A stretch of 64,000 nucleotides of DNA from an uncultured Candidatus Woesearchaeota archaeon (GTDB lineage Archaea; Nanobdellota; Nanobdellia; Woesearchaeales; B29-G15): positions 21,459-85,458 of the forward strand of contig CAIWSB010000080.1 of the NCBI GenBank assembly GCA_903915225.1, given 5' to 3'. Each line of letters begins with the position of its first letter. The stretch's first letter is position 1. The position numbers and the translations under genes were made by a program. A model generated the notes under the pieces. The model saw only the letters and a list, made by a program, of their open reading frames with translations. It ran no database searches and was not told where the DNA came from. Below, one piece after another: positions 39,641-49,356 of the stretch.

Positions 39641-40339
39641 ATGAGGAAAGTCTACCGCGATACCAATGAGAAACTCCTTGCGTGCGCCTGCCTCAAAACT
39701 CTTAAGGGTGACATGACTTATAGGGAACTCTCAAAAAGAATAAAACTCCCGCCTGGTGTAATCAACCGATATGTGAATGGCTATGTGCTCCCCAACACAA
39801 AACGCGCCCACGAGATTATCAATAACTTTGTCAAGGATTTCCTGACCGAGACAATCATAAAGAAATCAAAGGTCAAGGGCAGCAATTATTATGTCACAGC
39901 AGATATTCTCTCACAACCATTCTTGCTCAATGTGATTGCCAATTGGATAATTCAAAGGCTGGACAATAAGGTTACTCTTGTGCTGACTGCTGCGTCAGAT
40001 GGAATCCCTCTAGCAATTACACTGGCCCATATACTCAACATTGAGGCCTGCTGGGCCAAAAAAACCCAGGAGATTTCACCCCACGGCCATTACATATCCA
40101 ATAATTTAACACACAAGGCAGTATTCAAGCCCTTCTGCTTGCCCAAGCACAAACTCAAGAGACACGATCACGTCCTGATTGTGGACGATGTAATCAGAGG
40201 AGGCACAACAATCCTTTCGCTCATTGACCTGTGCGGTCAAGCAGGGGCATCTGTAGAAGGGGTGTTTTCAATATTTATCGGGAAAAAGGCTGAAAAAACG
40301 CTAATCCAGTACAATCCACAAGGGATTGTTAAGATATGA
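39641..40339 (+). CDS. HTH-PRTase fusion protein, putative purine-operon transcriptional regulator (PurR/GfcR-like)
   Basis: N-terminal HTH-like region (MTYRELSKRIKLPPGVINRYVNGY) and a C-terminal type I PRTase domain with PRPP loop VLIVDDVIRGGTT. Divergent from the pur operon. Confidence 0.55.
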   Translation: MRKVYRDTNEKLLACACLKTLKGDMTYRELSKRIKLPPGVINRYVNGYVLPNTKRAHEIINNFVKDFLTETIIKKSKVKGSNYYVTADILSQPFLLNVIANWIIQRLDNKVTLVLTAASDGIPLAITLAHILNIEACWAKKTQEISPHGHYISNNLTHKAVFKPFCLPKHKLKRHDHVLIVDDVIRGGTTILSLIDLCGQAGASVEGVFSIFIGKKAEKTLIQYNPQGIVKI

Positions 40340-40390
40340 GGCAAATTTGTGTATAAAAGTTATTTATACCCCTTTTGATTTTGTAAAAAA

Positions 40391-41911
40391 ATGGATACGA
40401 TTATTGTGCTGGATTTTGGGGGGCAATACTGCCATTTGATCTCCAGGCGCGTCCGCGAGCTTGGGGTTTATTGCTCGGTCTTGCCCGGGAACACAAAGAT
40501 TGAGGAGCTCAAGGAGATAACTAGACTTAAGGGGATAATTCTTTCAGGTGGTGCTGCATCTGTTTATGATAAAACTGCTCCCAAGTGTGATGAGCGGATT
40601 TTCAAATCAGGAATCCCCCTTCTTGGAATTTGCTATGGCCTCCACCTCATAGCTGCACTTAATGGTGGTGAGGTCTTATCAGGCAAGGCAGGTGAATTCG
40701 GTTTGACCCTTATGGAAATCAAATCGCAAAGCCAAATCCTTTGCGGATTAAAAACACCAGTAAAGGTATGGATGAACCACAGAGATATTGCCACTAAGAT
40801 TCCGGCAGGCTACAATGTTATTGCCTCAACCTCAAGCTCCCCAATCGCGGCGTTTGAATGCCTCGCAGAGGGAATATTTGCCGTACAGTTTCATCCCGAA
40901 GTCACACACACAGATGGAGGCAACCTGATACTTGAGAATTTTGTGTTTGGAATATGCTCCGCAAAGAAGGAATGGGACGCTGCAAGCATGATTGGGGAAA
41001 TCAAGGAGGAAATCTCTCAGGTTATCGGTAGCAGGAAGGCCATAATTGGACTTTCAGGTGGCGTTGATTCATCAACAGCAGCCATGCTTGTGTCTAATGT
41101 GATTGGAAAAAACCTTGTGGCAGTATATGTTGATACCGGGCTGATGAGGCAAGGCGAAACTGAATTCATGAAAAAGGCATTCCCGGGCTTAAACCTAACA
41201 ATTATAGATGCCCATGAAAGGTTCTTTGATGCACTCAAGGGAGTTACAGAACCCGAAATGAAGCGGAAAGCAATTGGCAAGGCATTTATTGAAGTATTTG
41301 ATGAGGTTGCAGGAAAAGAAAAAGTCGAGATTCTAATCCAAGGAACGATATATTCTGACAGGATTGAAAGCGGCATAACAAAAAACTCCTCAAATATTAA
41401 ATCCCATCACAATGTTGGTGGTCTGCCAGAACACATGAGGCTGCAAATCTACGAGCCGCTGAGGCTCCTCTACAAGGATGAAGTGAGGGGTATTGCGAAA
41501 ACAATACACCTTCCAGAGGAAATTACCAAAAGGCACGTTTTTCCAGGTCCCGGGCTTGGAATAAGAATAGTGGGAGAGGTCACAGAAGAGAAGGCGCATA
41601 TAGCCCGAAAGGCAAACCAGATAGTTGAGGATGAGCTGAAGCAGGCAAAACTTTATGACAAGGTCTGGATGGGTTTTGCAGTGCTCCTGCCCATAAAAAG
41701 TGTTGGCATCCAGGGGGATTCTCGAAGCTACAAATACCCTGTGGTTGTAAGGATAATTGAATCAAAGGATGCAATGACTGCCAATTTCTCCAGGGTGCCT
41801 TACGATGTGCTGGAAAAAATTTCAACAAGGATAACGAATGAGGTGGCTGAGGTAAACAGGGTTGTTTATGACATCTCCAACAAGCCCCCTGCAACAATGG
41901 AATGGGAATAA
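40391..41911 (+). CDS. guaA: GMP synthase, fused GATase + ATP-pyrophosphatase (bacterial-style single chain)
   Basis: IIVLDFGGQYCHLISRRVRELGVY, GICYGLH, PP-loop SGGVDSS, C-terminal TMEWE. Confidence 0.9.
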   Translation: MDTIIVLDFGGQYCHLISRRVRELGVYCSVLPGNTKIEELKEITRLKGIILSGGAASVYDKTAPKCDERIFKSGIPLLGICYGLHLIAALNGGEVLSGKAGEFGLTLMEIKSQSQILCGLKTPVKVWMNHRDIATKIPAGYNVIASTSSSPIAAFECLAEGIFAVQFHPEVTHTDGGNLILENFVFGICSAKKEWDAASMIGEIKEEISQVIGSRKAIIGLSGGVDSSTAAMLVSNVIGKNLVAVYVDTGLMRQGETEFMKKAFPGLNLTIIDAHERFFDALKGVTEPEMKRKAIGKAFIEVFDEVAGKEKVEILIQGTIYSDRIESGITKNSSNIKSHHNVGGLPEHMRLQIYEPLRLLYKDEVRGIAKTIHLPEEITKRHVFPGPGLGIRIVGEVTEEKAHIARKANQIVEDELKQAKLYDKVWMGFAVLLPIKSVGIQGDSRSYKYPVVVRIIESKDAMTANFSRVPYDVLEKISTRITNEVAEVNRVVYDISNKPPATMEWE

Positions 41912-42942
41912 GCCAAAGCTCAAGGGATATTGCAAACTATCCAATTGCTACAATGGGAAGCCATTCTGCACTTCAGATTCTTAGAGGAGCAAAAGATGAG
42001 GGTTTCACAACAATTGCAGTTTGCAAGAGGGGGAGTGAGCAGCCCTACAAGGCCTTCAAGGTGGCTGATGAGATTATTCTTGTTGATGAATGGAAAGATT
42101 TTGTTAAGGCCCAGGGCAGGCTGATTAGCGAAAAATCAATACTTGTGCCGCACGCTTCGCTCATTGCCTACCTAGGTTACGAATCAATAGAGGGGCTTCG
42201 GGTGCCTTACTTTGGAAACAAGAAGATAATCAGGTTTGAGTCTGACAGGAACCTGGAAAAAGCCTGGCTTGAGAGCAGCGGGCTTCTTGTGCCGCGCGTT
42301 TTCAAAAGCCCGGCTGAGATTGATAGACCCGTGATTGTAAAGTTTCATGGAGCGGGTGGCGGAGACGGATATTTCCTGGCGAAAAACCAGGCCTCTTTCT
42401 TGGAGAAGGCTTCAAAAATAAATGACAAGGAGTTTTTTATTCAGGAGTACGTTGTCGGTGTTCCGATTTACATTCATTATTTCCACTCACCACTAACAGG
42501 AGAGGTTGAGCTGATGGGGTTTGACAGGAGGTATGAAACAAATGTTGATTCCCTTGGGAGAATCTCGCAGAAAGACCAGGAAGTGCTTGGCGGCATTGAC
42601 CCAAGCTACCTTGTTGTGGGAAACTTTCCAATTGTTGTTCGTGAGTCTTATCTTCCTAAAATCCTTGAAATGGGTGAAAAGGTAGTTGAGAGCTCAAAGC
42701 AGATTGTAAAAGGCGGGCTGTTCGGGCCCTTTTGCCTAGAGACAATTTTTACTCCTGATGGAAAAATATGGACATTTGAGATCTCTGCGAGAATTGTTGC
42801 AGGTACAAACCCCTACATCAATGGTTCCCCATATACATGGCTAAGGTATAGTGAGCCAATGAGCACTGGCAGGCGAATTGCCCGTGAGATAAAGCTTGCC
42901 ATTCAAACAGGTAGACTAGATGAGGTGGTTTCAGTAGAATGA
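41902..42942 (+). CDS. purP: FAICAR synthetase PurP (ATP-grasp), copy 1
   Basis: IATMGSHSALQILRGAKDEGFTTIAV and ATP-grasp body typical of archaeal PurP (MJ0136 family). Confidence 0.75.
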   Translation: MGISQSSRDIANYPIATMGSHSALQILRGAKDEGFTTIAVCKRGSEQPYKAFKVADEIILVDEWKDFVKAQGRLISEKSILVPHASLIAYLGYESIEGLRVPYFGNKKIIRFESDRNLEKAWLESSGLLVPRVFKSPAEIDRPVIVKFHGAGGGDGYFLAKNQASFLEKASKINDKEFFIQEYVVGVPIYIHYFHSPLTGEVELMGFDRRYETNVDSLGRISQKDQEVLGGIDPSYLVVGNFPIVVRESYLPKILEMGEKVVESSKQIVKGGLFGPFCLETIFTPDGKIWTFEISARIVAGTNPYINGSPYTWLRYSEPMSTGRRIAREIKLAIQTGRLDEVVSVE

Positions 42943-44057
42943 TTAATGTGGATAATATTTTGAAGAAATATGATATGAAAAATATCACAATCGGCGTTCT
43001 TGGCGGCCACTCTGCTCTGGATGTATGCAGGGGCGCAAAAAAGCAAGGATTTAGGACAATTGCAGTCTGCCAGAGAGGCCGAGAAAAAACATACGAGAAA
43101 TATTTTCGCAGCAGAGATGGAAAGGGGATTGTCGATGAAACAATCATCCTGGAGAAATTCTCAGATATTACTTCCCCTTCAATAATACGGAAGCTACAGG
43201 ATAAGAATACGATATTTATCCACAACAGGTACTTTTGGGTGTATTTTGATTTTAAGGACATTGAATCCAAATTTGACGTGCCAATCTTTGGAACCAGAGG
43301 AATGCTCAGGCTTGAAGAGAGGGATGTTGAGAACAACCAGTATTCCTTGCTAACCCGTGCAGGCATAAGGATTCCGCAAATTTTTAGGAAGTCTGGGGAT
43401 ATTGATAGGTTGGTTATTGTTAAGGTTAATGAAGCAAAAAGAAAATACGAGCGAGCGTTCTTCCTATGTAATTCACCTATAGAGTTCACTTCAAAATCCC
43501 AAAAACTGCTTAGCTCAGGAATAATCAACAAAGAAGGATTGGCAAAGGCAGTTATCGAGGAATATATCCTTGGTGCGCAAATCAACTTCAATTTTTTTTT
43601 CAGCCCACTGAGCCGCGAGCTGGAGCTTATGGGGACAGATATCCGGCGGCAGACAAATCTTGATGGGCTGCTGCGGCTCCCCGCAAATGAGCAGATAGCT
43701 GTGCTGAAATACATGGGACCAAAGCTGATTGAGACAGGGCACATCTCAGTTACTGTAAAGGAATCTCTTCTTGAGAAGGCCTTTGAGTTGGGCGAGAGAT
43801 TTGTTGCAGTGAGCCAGAAAGTTATTTCACCTGGAATAATTGGGCCATTTGCCCTTCAGGGTGCAGTGACTGCCGAAGCAGGCAAGGAGGATATCGTTAT
43901 TTTTGACGTGTCGATGAGAATCCCCGGCTCTCCCGGCACAATGTTCACGCCCTATTCTGGATACCTATACGGCGACTCAATCAGCTATGGCGAGAGGATT
44001 GCCCTGGAGATAAAGCAGGCTATTAAGGAAAACAAGCTGGATTTGATTTTGACCTAG
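42939..44057 (+). CDS. PurP paralog (MJ0137-like), copy 2
   Basis: ITIGVLGGHSALDVCRGAKKQGFRTIAV, paralogous to the preceding gene. ATGA overlap with it. Confidence 0.7.
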   Translation: MINVDNILKKYDMKNITIGVLGGHSALDVCRGAKKQGFRTIAVCQRGREKTYEKYFRSRDGKGIVDETIILEKFSDITSPSIIRKLQDKNTIFIHNRYFWVYFDFKDIESKFDVPIFGTRGMLRLEERDVENNQYSLLTRAGIRIPQIFRKSGDIDRLVIVKVNEAKRKYERAFFLCNSPIEFTSKSQKLLSSGIINKEGLAKAVIEEYILGAQINFNFFFSPLSRELELMGTDIRRQTNLDGLLRLPANEQIAVLKYMGPKLIETGHISVTVKESLLEKAFELGERFVAVSQKVISPGIIGPFALQGAVTAEAGKEDIVIFDVSMRIPGSPGTMFTPYSGYLYGDSISYGERIALEIKQAIKENKLDLILT

Positions 44058-44170
44058 ATTCTCAGATAACTTTCGGAACTTTATCTTATATTTAACCTAA
44101 TTATACATAATTATTACTATATAGTTATTTGGGCCTCCCTTCCTGGCCTCCCTCGTACGCCCCCGTAAGA

Positions 44171-44178
44171 TTTATAAA
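44171..44178 (+). promoter_or_regulatory. TATA box TTTATAAA ~130 nt upstream of rpl3, candidate promoter of the r-protein operon; small hairpin ctattgctacaatag at 44281-44295
   Basis: Canonical archaeal TATA sequence in the only large (250 nt) intergenic region. Confidence 0.35.
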
Positions 44179-44307
44179 TCATCCCATAACTCTAGTCAGG
44201 AACGGACACCGTAAGGCTTAATTGAGCCTGAAAAAAAGCAGCCCAAAGAGCATTCTTGGGGAGGCTTTAACAATAGGCTCCTATTGCTACAATAGGGGTT
44301 TTGACTT

Positions 44308-45273
44308 ATGGCAACAACAAGATCACCGAGACATGGGAGTATGCAGTTTTGGCCCAGGAAAAGGGCAAAACGGATTTACCCTAGATGTAGGACTTGGCCA
44401 ACCCGGGCCGAGGCAAAACCATTGGGGTTCTATGGCTATAAAGTCGAGATGATCCACGCTATGGCCATTGATAACCGCCCCAAGGCACGAACCAAGGGTG
44501 AGCGTGTGTCAATGCCCCTTACCATTGTTGAGTGCCCCCCCATGCGCGTGTTCTCTGTCCGATTTTACAAAAAAATTGATGCCGTCTTCCGTGTCACCAA
44601 GGAAATCCTTCTCTCAAACGAACTTATTCTCCGAAGAAAACTCTCATTGCCAAAGACAATTGATCCAAAGCTGGATGATATTAAGCCAGAGGATTATGAC
44701 GAGATTCGTTTCATTGCTTATACTCAATCAAAACTATCCGGTAGAGCCCAGAAAACTCCAGAGCTTTTCGAGATAGGGCTTGGCGGAAAACCCAAGGACC
44801 AGCTTGAATTCATCAAGCAGCACATTGGCAAGGAGATTAGGCTTTCAGATGTGTTCTCACCAGGTGAGCAGCTGGATGTTGCCGCCGTCACTAAGGGCAA
44901 AGGCTTCCAGGGGACTGTCAAAAGGTTTGGTGTCGCAATCCGAAGCCATAAATCAGAGAAGACCAAGAGGGGCATTGGCACGCTCGGCCCATGGCACCCC
45001 AACAGGGTTCTCCCATCTGTTCCCCAGGGTGGAAAAATGGGCTTTCATGTGAGGACTGAGAGAAACAAGCTCCTTGTGAAGATATCCAACGAAAACATCA
45101 ACCCCGCAGGTGGCTTCAAAAGCTATGGGGTTGTTAAGACTGATTATGCATTAATAAAGGGCTCTCTACCTGGGCCTTCAAAGAGGCTTATCAGGCTATA
45201 CAAGGTCAGGAAGCCATCCACCAAGCTCCAAAGCGAGGCCCCCTCTGTTGAAAACGTGGTGATTTCCAAATGA
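44308..45273 (+). CDS. rpl3: 50S ribosomal protein L3 (uL3)
   Basis: MATTRSPRHGSMQFWPRKRA... archaeal uL3 N-terminus. Confidence 0.9.
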   Translation: MATTRSPRHGSMQFWPRKRAKRIYPRCRTWPTRAEAKPLGFYGYKVEMIHAMAIDNRPKARTKGERVSMPLTIVECPPMRVFSVRFYKKIDAVFRVTKEILLSNELILRRKLSLPKTIDPKLDDIKPEDYDEIRFIAYTQSKLSGRAQKTPELFEIGLGGKPKDQLEFIKQHIGKEIRLSDVFSPGEQLDVAAVTKGKGFQGTVKRFGVAIRSHKSEKTKRGIGTLGPWHPNRVLPSVPQGGKMGFHVRTERNKLLVKISNENINPAGGFKSYGVVKTDYALIKGSLPGPSKRLIRLYKVRKPSTKLQSEAPSVENVVISK

Positions 45274-46076
45274 AACTCCCTCTACTGAACACATCCAAAA
45301 CTGAGGTTGGCAAGCAGGAAATGCCCGAGCAGTTTGACGAGCCAGTGAGATTTGACATCATAGAGAAGGCAGTTCATGTGATGCAATGCAACGGCAGGCA
45401 GCAGTATGGGGCTCAGCCAATGGCTGGCATGAAATATTCCTCATATGTTTCAAAGAGAAGGAGACAGTACCGAGGCTGCTATGGTTTCGGAATTTCCAGA
45501 ACACCCAGAAAGATACTAAGCAGGCGTGGAACCAGGATGAACTGGGTTGGTGCAACAGTACCAAACACAGTTGGCGGAAGACGTGCGCATCCACCAAAGA
45601 GCGAGAAGTCATACGAGCGCACACTCCCGGACAAGGAGAGGCGCAAAGCCATCCGCTCTGCAATATCGGCAACTGTGCTTGTGGACTCAGTAAAATCCAG
45701 AGGCCATGTGCTGCCAAAAGAATACCCTTTTGTGGTTGATGATGATATTTGCAAAATAAATAAGACAAAACTGCTTAAGGAAGCCTTGATGAAGCTGGAT
45801 TTCTCGGGCGACCTCATTAAGTCAGAACAGAGGAAAGAGAAGGTGGGGCGAGGCAAGACCAGAGGCAACAGATACAAGGAGAGACGCAGCGTCCTCATAG
45901 TAACCCCTGGGAAATGCCCATTACAGCTGGCCACCAAGAACATACCTGGCGTGGATGTTAGCGAAGTCAGGAACCTCAATGTTGAGATCCTGGCTCCAGG
46001 GGCAGTGCCCGGCCGCATCACGCTTTGGACAAAAGGGGCTGTTGAGAAAATGAAGAAAGAGAGGCTCTTTGTGTAA
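45270..46076 (+). CDS. rpl4: 50S ribosomal protein L4 (uL4)
   Basis: Operon position and uL4-like sequence. Confidence 0.85.
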   Translation: MKLPLLNTSKTEVGKQEMPEQFDEPVRFDIIEKAVHVMQCNGRQQYGAQPMAGMKYSSYVSKRRRQYRGCYGFGISRTPRKILSRRGTRMNWVGATVPNTVGGRRAHPPKSEKSYERTLPDKERRKAIRSAISATVLVDSVKSRGHVLPKEYPFVVDDDICKINKTKLLKEALMKLDFSGDLIKSEQRKEKVGRGKTRGNRYKERRSVLIVTPGKCPLQLATKNIPGVDVSEVRNLNVEILAPGAVPGRITLWTKGAVEKMKKERLFV

Positions 46077-46077
46077 A

Positions 46078-46347
46078 ATGGAATCCTTAAAACAGATGAG
46101 GAAGATAAAGTACCCGATGAGCACAGAGAAGAGCCTCAGGCTTATGGAATCTGAGAACAAACTGATATTTGTTGTGGACAGAAAGGCCACAAAAAAAGAA
46201 ATTATCGCAGAGCTGGAGAGACTCTTCAAGGTTAAGGTGGTTGACATAAACCTCATGTTGACTCCAGGAGGGATAAAGAAAGCGTATATAACCCTCAGCC
46301 AGGAAACGCCTGCCTTGGATGTAGCAACTCAGCTAGGTATGATGTAA
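46078..46347 (+). CDS. rpl23: 50S ribosomal protein L23 (uL23). Track start 46069 is TTG; ATG at 46078.
   Basis: MESLKQMRKIKYPMSTEKSLRLME... Confidence 0.85.
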   Translation: MESLKQMRKIKYPMSTEKSLRLMESENKLIFVVDRKATKKEIIAELERLFKVKVVDINLMLTPGGIKKAYITLSQETPALDVATQLGMM

Positions 46348-46348
46348 A

Positions 46349-47056
46349 ATGGGTAAGAATCTGATTCAACAGAAGCGTGGACGGGGAACACCCACCTATC
46401 GCTCCAGGAGCTTTAGGTTCAGGGGAACGCCACAGTATGCGCTGCCCAGAGTTGGCATGGGAACTATCAAAGATATTTTCAAATGCCCGGGCCACACCAC
46501 GCCACTCATGCAGGTTAAATTTGAAGACAAAGAGGAATGGCTGCTGATTGCGCCAGAGGGAATCCATGTTGGTCAGCAGTTGAGTGTTGGTGGAGTTGGC
46601 GAAGAGGTAAAACCCGGAGAGATTAGGGAATTGGAGGCATTCCCATTGGGCACGCTTATCTACAACATAGAATGCAGGCCCGGTGATGGCGGCAGATTTG
46701 TCAGGGCTTCGGGAACGTTTGCAAAAATTATAGCCAAGACAGACAAGGGTGTAGAGGTTAAGCTGCCCTCAAAGACCATTAAGATATTCAATTCAAAGTG
46801 CAGGGCCAGCATGGGCCGTGCAGCTGGTTCAGGCCGAACTGAGAAGCCCTTTGTGAAGGCTGGAAAAAGGCACCACAAGATACGTGCAGTTGGTGGCTTG
46901 TATCCATTCACCTCCGGTGTCTCCATGAACGCAGTGAACCACCCATACGGTGGTTCATCTAGCCACAGCAAGGGCAGGCCAACAATTGCACCAAAGAACG
47001 CCCCACCTGGCAGAAAGGTTGGAAAGCTAAGGCCCAGCAGAACGGGTAAAAGGTAA
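46349..47056 (+). CDS. rpl2: 50S ribosomal protein L2 (uL2)
   Basis: MGKNLIQQKRGRGTP... and GGSSSHSKGRP. Confidence 0.9.
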   Translation: MGKNLIQQKRGRGTPTYRSRSFRFRGTPQYALPRVGMGTIKDIFKCPGHTTPLMQVKFEDKEEWLLIAPEGIHVGQQLSVGGVGEEVKPGEIRELEAFPLGTLIYNIECRPGDGGRFVRASGTFAKIIAKTDKGVEVKLPSKTIKIFNSKCRASMGRAAGSGRTEKPFVKAGKRHHKIRAVGGLYPFTSGVSMNAVNHPYGGSSSHSKGRPTIAPKNAPPGRKVGKLRPSRTGKR

Positions 47057-47062
47057 ACAAAA

Positions 47063-47443
47063 ATGGTAATCAAAGAATTCAGTTTCAGGGGAAAAAGCTT
47101 GGATGAGCTTAAGGCGCTGAGCTTGAAAGAGTTTGCCGCTTTGCTTCCCTCCAGGCAGAGGAGAAGTCTCCTTCGTGGCCTGACAATTCCACAACAGAAA
47201 TTTATGAAAGCACTAGAAAAAGAAGATGGCAGAAAGACTCATTGTAGGGGTATGATTGTGTTCCCATCTATGGTTGGTAAGCGAGTTCAGATACACAACG
47301 GCAAGACATATGTAAACGTAATAATCATGCCTGAAATGATAGGCCACCGACTTGGCGAGTTTAGCCTTACAAGAAGATCGGTGGAGCACCATGCACCAGG
47401 TATTGGAGCAACAAAGAGCAGTTCAGCGCTATCAGTGAGATAA
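47063..47443 (+). CDS. rps19: 30S ribosomal protein S19 (uS19)
   Basis: Conserved uS19 core and operon position. Confidence 0.85.
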   Translation: MVIKEFSFRGKSLDELKALSLKEFAALLPSRQRRSLLRGLTIPQQKFMKALEKEDGRKTHCRGMIVFPSMVGKRVQIHNGKTYVNVIIMPEMIGHRLGEFSLTRRSVEHHAPGIGATKSSSALSVR

Positions 47444-47444
47444 A

Positions 47445-48122
47445 ATGCCATACAAATACGCATCAAAGGCTACGGAGAAATCAGCCCGCGCAGTTGGGCT
47501 AAATTTGCCGATTTCAACCAAGTATTCAGTTGAGATTAGCAGAATGATCCGTGGCAAGAGCGTAGCTAAGGCAATAGTAATCCTTGAAAAGGTCAGCACC
47601 ATGGAGCGCGCAGTGCCCATGTTGAGATTCCACAATGAGGTTCCCCACAAGAAAGGCATGTCTGCAGGCAAATACCCGTGGAAGGCTGCCAAATACATAC
47701 TTGCGATATTAAAATCAGCTGAGTCAAATGCCAGCGACAAGGGCTTGCTGTCAGATGGGCTCATAGTTAAATCAATTGTCCCTCAAGGAGCGTCAGACCC
47801 AATGCACTATGGGCGAAAGGGCAGACGCAGGATGAAGCGAACCCACATTGAGATTGTCGTTGAGGAATCAATTGTTGCGAAGGAGAAAAAGTCCAAAGCA
47901 GCGCCCGAAGTGAAGGTAGAGAAAAAAACTGAAGAAAAGAAGCCTGCTGAGAAGAAAACCGAAGAGCACAAACCAATTGAGAAGAAAGCTGAGGAACCCA
48001 AGCCGGCAGAGAAAAAAACTTTAGAGACAAAACCTGCAGATGAGAAGTCGGCTGAAGAGTCTGCAAAATCCGCAACCCAAAAGGTTAATAAGGCCAGCAC
48101 TAAACAGAAGAAGGAAAAATGA
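47445..48122 (+). CDS. rpl22: 50S ribosomal protein L22 (uL22) with a ~90 aa K/E/P-rich C-terminal tail
   Basis: uL22 core followed by KKTEEKKPAEKKTEEHKPIEKKAEEPKPAEKK repeats. Confidence 0.85.
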   Translation: MPYKYASKATEKSARAVGLNLPISTKYSVEISRMIRGKSVAKAIVILEKVSTMERAVPMLRFHNEVPHKKGMSAGKYPWKAAKYILAILKSAESNASDKGLLSDGLIVKSIVPQGASDPMHYGRKGRRRMKRTHIEIVVEESIVAKEKKSKAAPEVKVEKKTEEKKPAEKKTEEHKPIEKKAEEPKPAEKKTLETKPADEKSAEESAKSATQKVNKASTKQKKEK

Positions 48123-48853
48123 TAGAGCGAGACATAGTTTCCAGGCAGATTAAGGAGTTCCAGATAATGGAGTACATAGGCGGCTTTTTAGGTGGCGCCG
48201 GGTTTAGCCATGCCACTGTTAAGCGCACTCCACTGGGCGAGAAAATAATTATCCATACATCAAGGCCGGGCATGGTCGTTGGACGTTCAGGAAAGAATAT
48301 CAAGGACCTCACTGAACAGCTCAAAATCCGGTTCAAGCTGGAAAATCCACAGGTTGAGATTGCAGAGGTTGGAAACCCACAGCTCAACGCCAGCATAGTG
48401 GCTGAGAGAATTGCCACATCACTGGAGAGATATGGCTCAAACAAGTTCAAGTCAATTATTCACAAAGCAGTTGAGGAGACAATTGCTACAGGTGCATTGG
48501 GAATTGAGGTACTGTTATCAGGCAAGATACCCAGTGCCAGGGCCAGGACATGGCGAGTGAGCGCAGGCTACCTCAAGAAATGCGGCGAGCCTGCACTGCA
48601 GTTTGTTGATATTTCATACAAAATCGCAAAGCTCAAGTCGGGAGTTGTGGGTATAATCGTGAGCATTATGCCTCCGGGAATTGTGCTGCCAGACAGTGCA
48701 AGGATTAGAGAGCCGTCAGAAATAGCAAAGATTGAAACGGCAGCTGTCAAGGAGGAAGAGCCAAAGGCAGAAGCCCCAGCCAAGCCCGCAGAGCCAAAGC
48801 CTCGCAAGAGGAAGCCAAAGAAAGAAAATGAGCAAGAATTACAATCAGCTTAA
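48119..48853 (+). CDS. rps3: 30S ribosomal protein S3 (uS3) with a K/E/P-rich tail
   Basis: KH domain and uS3 core. Tail KEEEPKAEAPAKPAEPKPRKRKPKK. Confidence 0.9.
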   Translation: MIERDIVSRQIKEFQIMEYIGGFLGGAGFSHATVKRTPLGEKIIIHTSRPGMVVGRSGKNIKDLTEQLKIRFKLENPQVEIAEVGNPQLNASIVAERIATSLERYGSNKFKSIIHKAVEETIATGALGIEVLLSGKIPSARARTWRVSAGYLKKCGEPALQFVDISYKIAKLKSGVVGIIVSIMPPGIVLPDSARIREPSEIAKIETAAVKEEEPKAEAPAKPAEPKPRKRKPKKENEQELQSA

Positions 48854-49037
48854 GAACCTAGGAGAAAAAGAGCTCAGCGCAAGGCTTGACGAGCTCAAGC
48901 GCGAGATGATGAGGCTCCAATCCCAGGTGGCCACAAGAACTATTCCCGAGAAACCCGGGAGGATAAAGCAAATCCGAAAGACTCTGGCCAGGATACTCAC
49001 TATTAAGAAAACAAAGGAGGTAACAGGAAAAGTATGA
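48828..49037 (+). CDS. rpl29: 50S ribosomal protein L29 (uL29). ATG is internal to the track ORF 48732-49037.
   Basis: MSKNYNQLKNLGEKELSARLDELKREMMRLQSQ... Confidence 0.8.
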   Translation: MSKNYNQLKNLGEKELSARLDELKREMMRLQSQVATRTIPEKPGRIKQIRKTLARILTIKKTKEVTGKV

Positions 49038-49345
49038 GTGACATATGCCCAAAATGCGGGCTCCCAAAAGAGCTCTGCGTGTGTGAGGCCATTGCTAGAG
49101 AATCCCAGACGATAACAGTGTCTGTGGTGAAGAAAAAATTCAGCAAGGTCTACACAATGATTGAGGGTATCACCGACAAAAACATTGACCTGCACGAACT
49201 CACCAAACAGCTAAAGAACAAGCTTGCTTGCGGGGGGACGTCAAAGGATGGGAGAGTCGAACTCCAGGGAAACCACATCCAGTCCGTCCGGAAGGTGCTT
49301 ATAGGCATGGGGTTCAGTCCGGGTTCAATTACCCTCAAACCCTGA
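49034..49345 (+). CDS. Translation initiation factor SUI1 (aSUI1/eIF1 homolog) with N-terminal Zn ribbon
   Basis: CPKCGLPKELCVCE plus the SUI1 domain; typical archaeal position between L29 and Rpp29. Confidence 0.8.
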   Translation: MSDICPKCGLPKELCVCEAIARESQTITVSVVKKKFSKVYTMIEGITDKNIDLHELTKQLKNKLACGGTSKDGRVELQGNHIQSVRKVLIGMGFSPGSITLKP

Positions 49346-49356
49346 GCACCCGCAAC

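Noticed and set aside
42818-43744. 308-aa minus-strand ORF overlapping the purP paralogs
   Set aside because: Entirely antisense to two well-supported ATP-grasp genes. No domain similarity, and its N-terminus is hydrophobic noise.
44058-44307. 250-nt intergenic region and ORF 44222-44452, examined for a tRNA or ncRNA
   Set aside because: No cloverleaf-compatible segment. It reads as an AT-rich leader or promoter (TATA at 44171) plus a short hairpin. The 76-aa ORF overlaps rpl3 out of frame.
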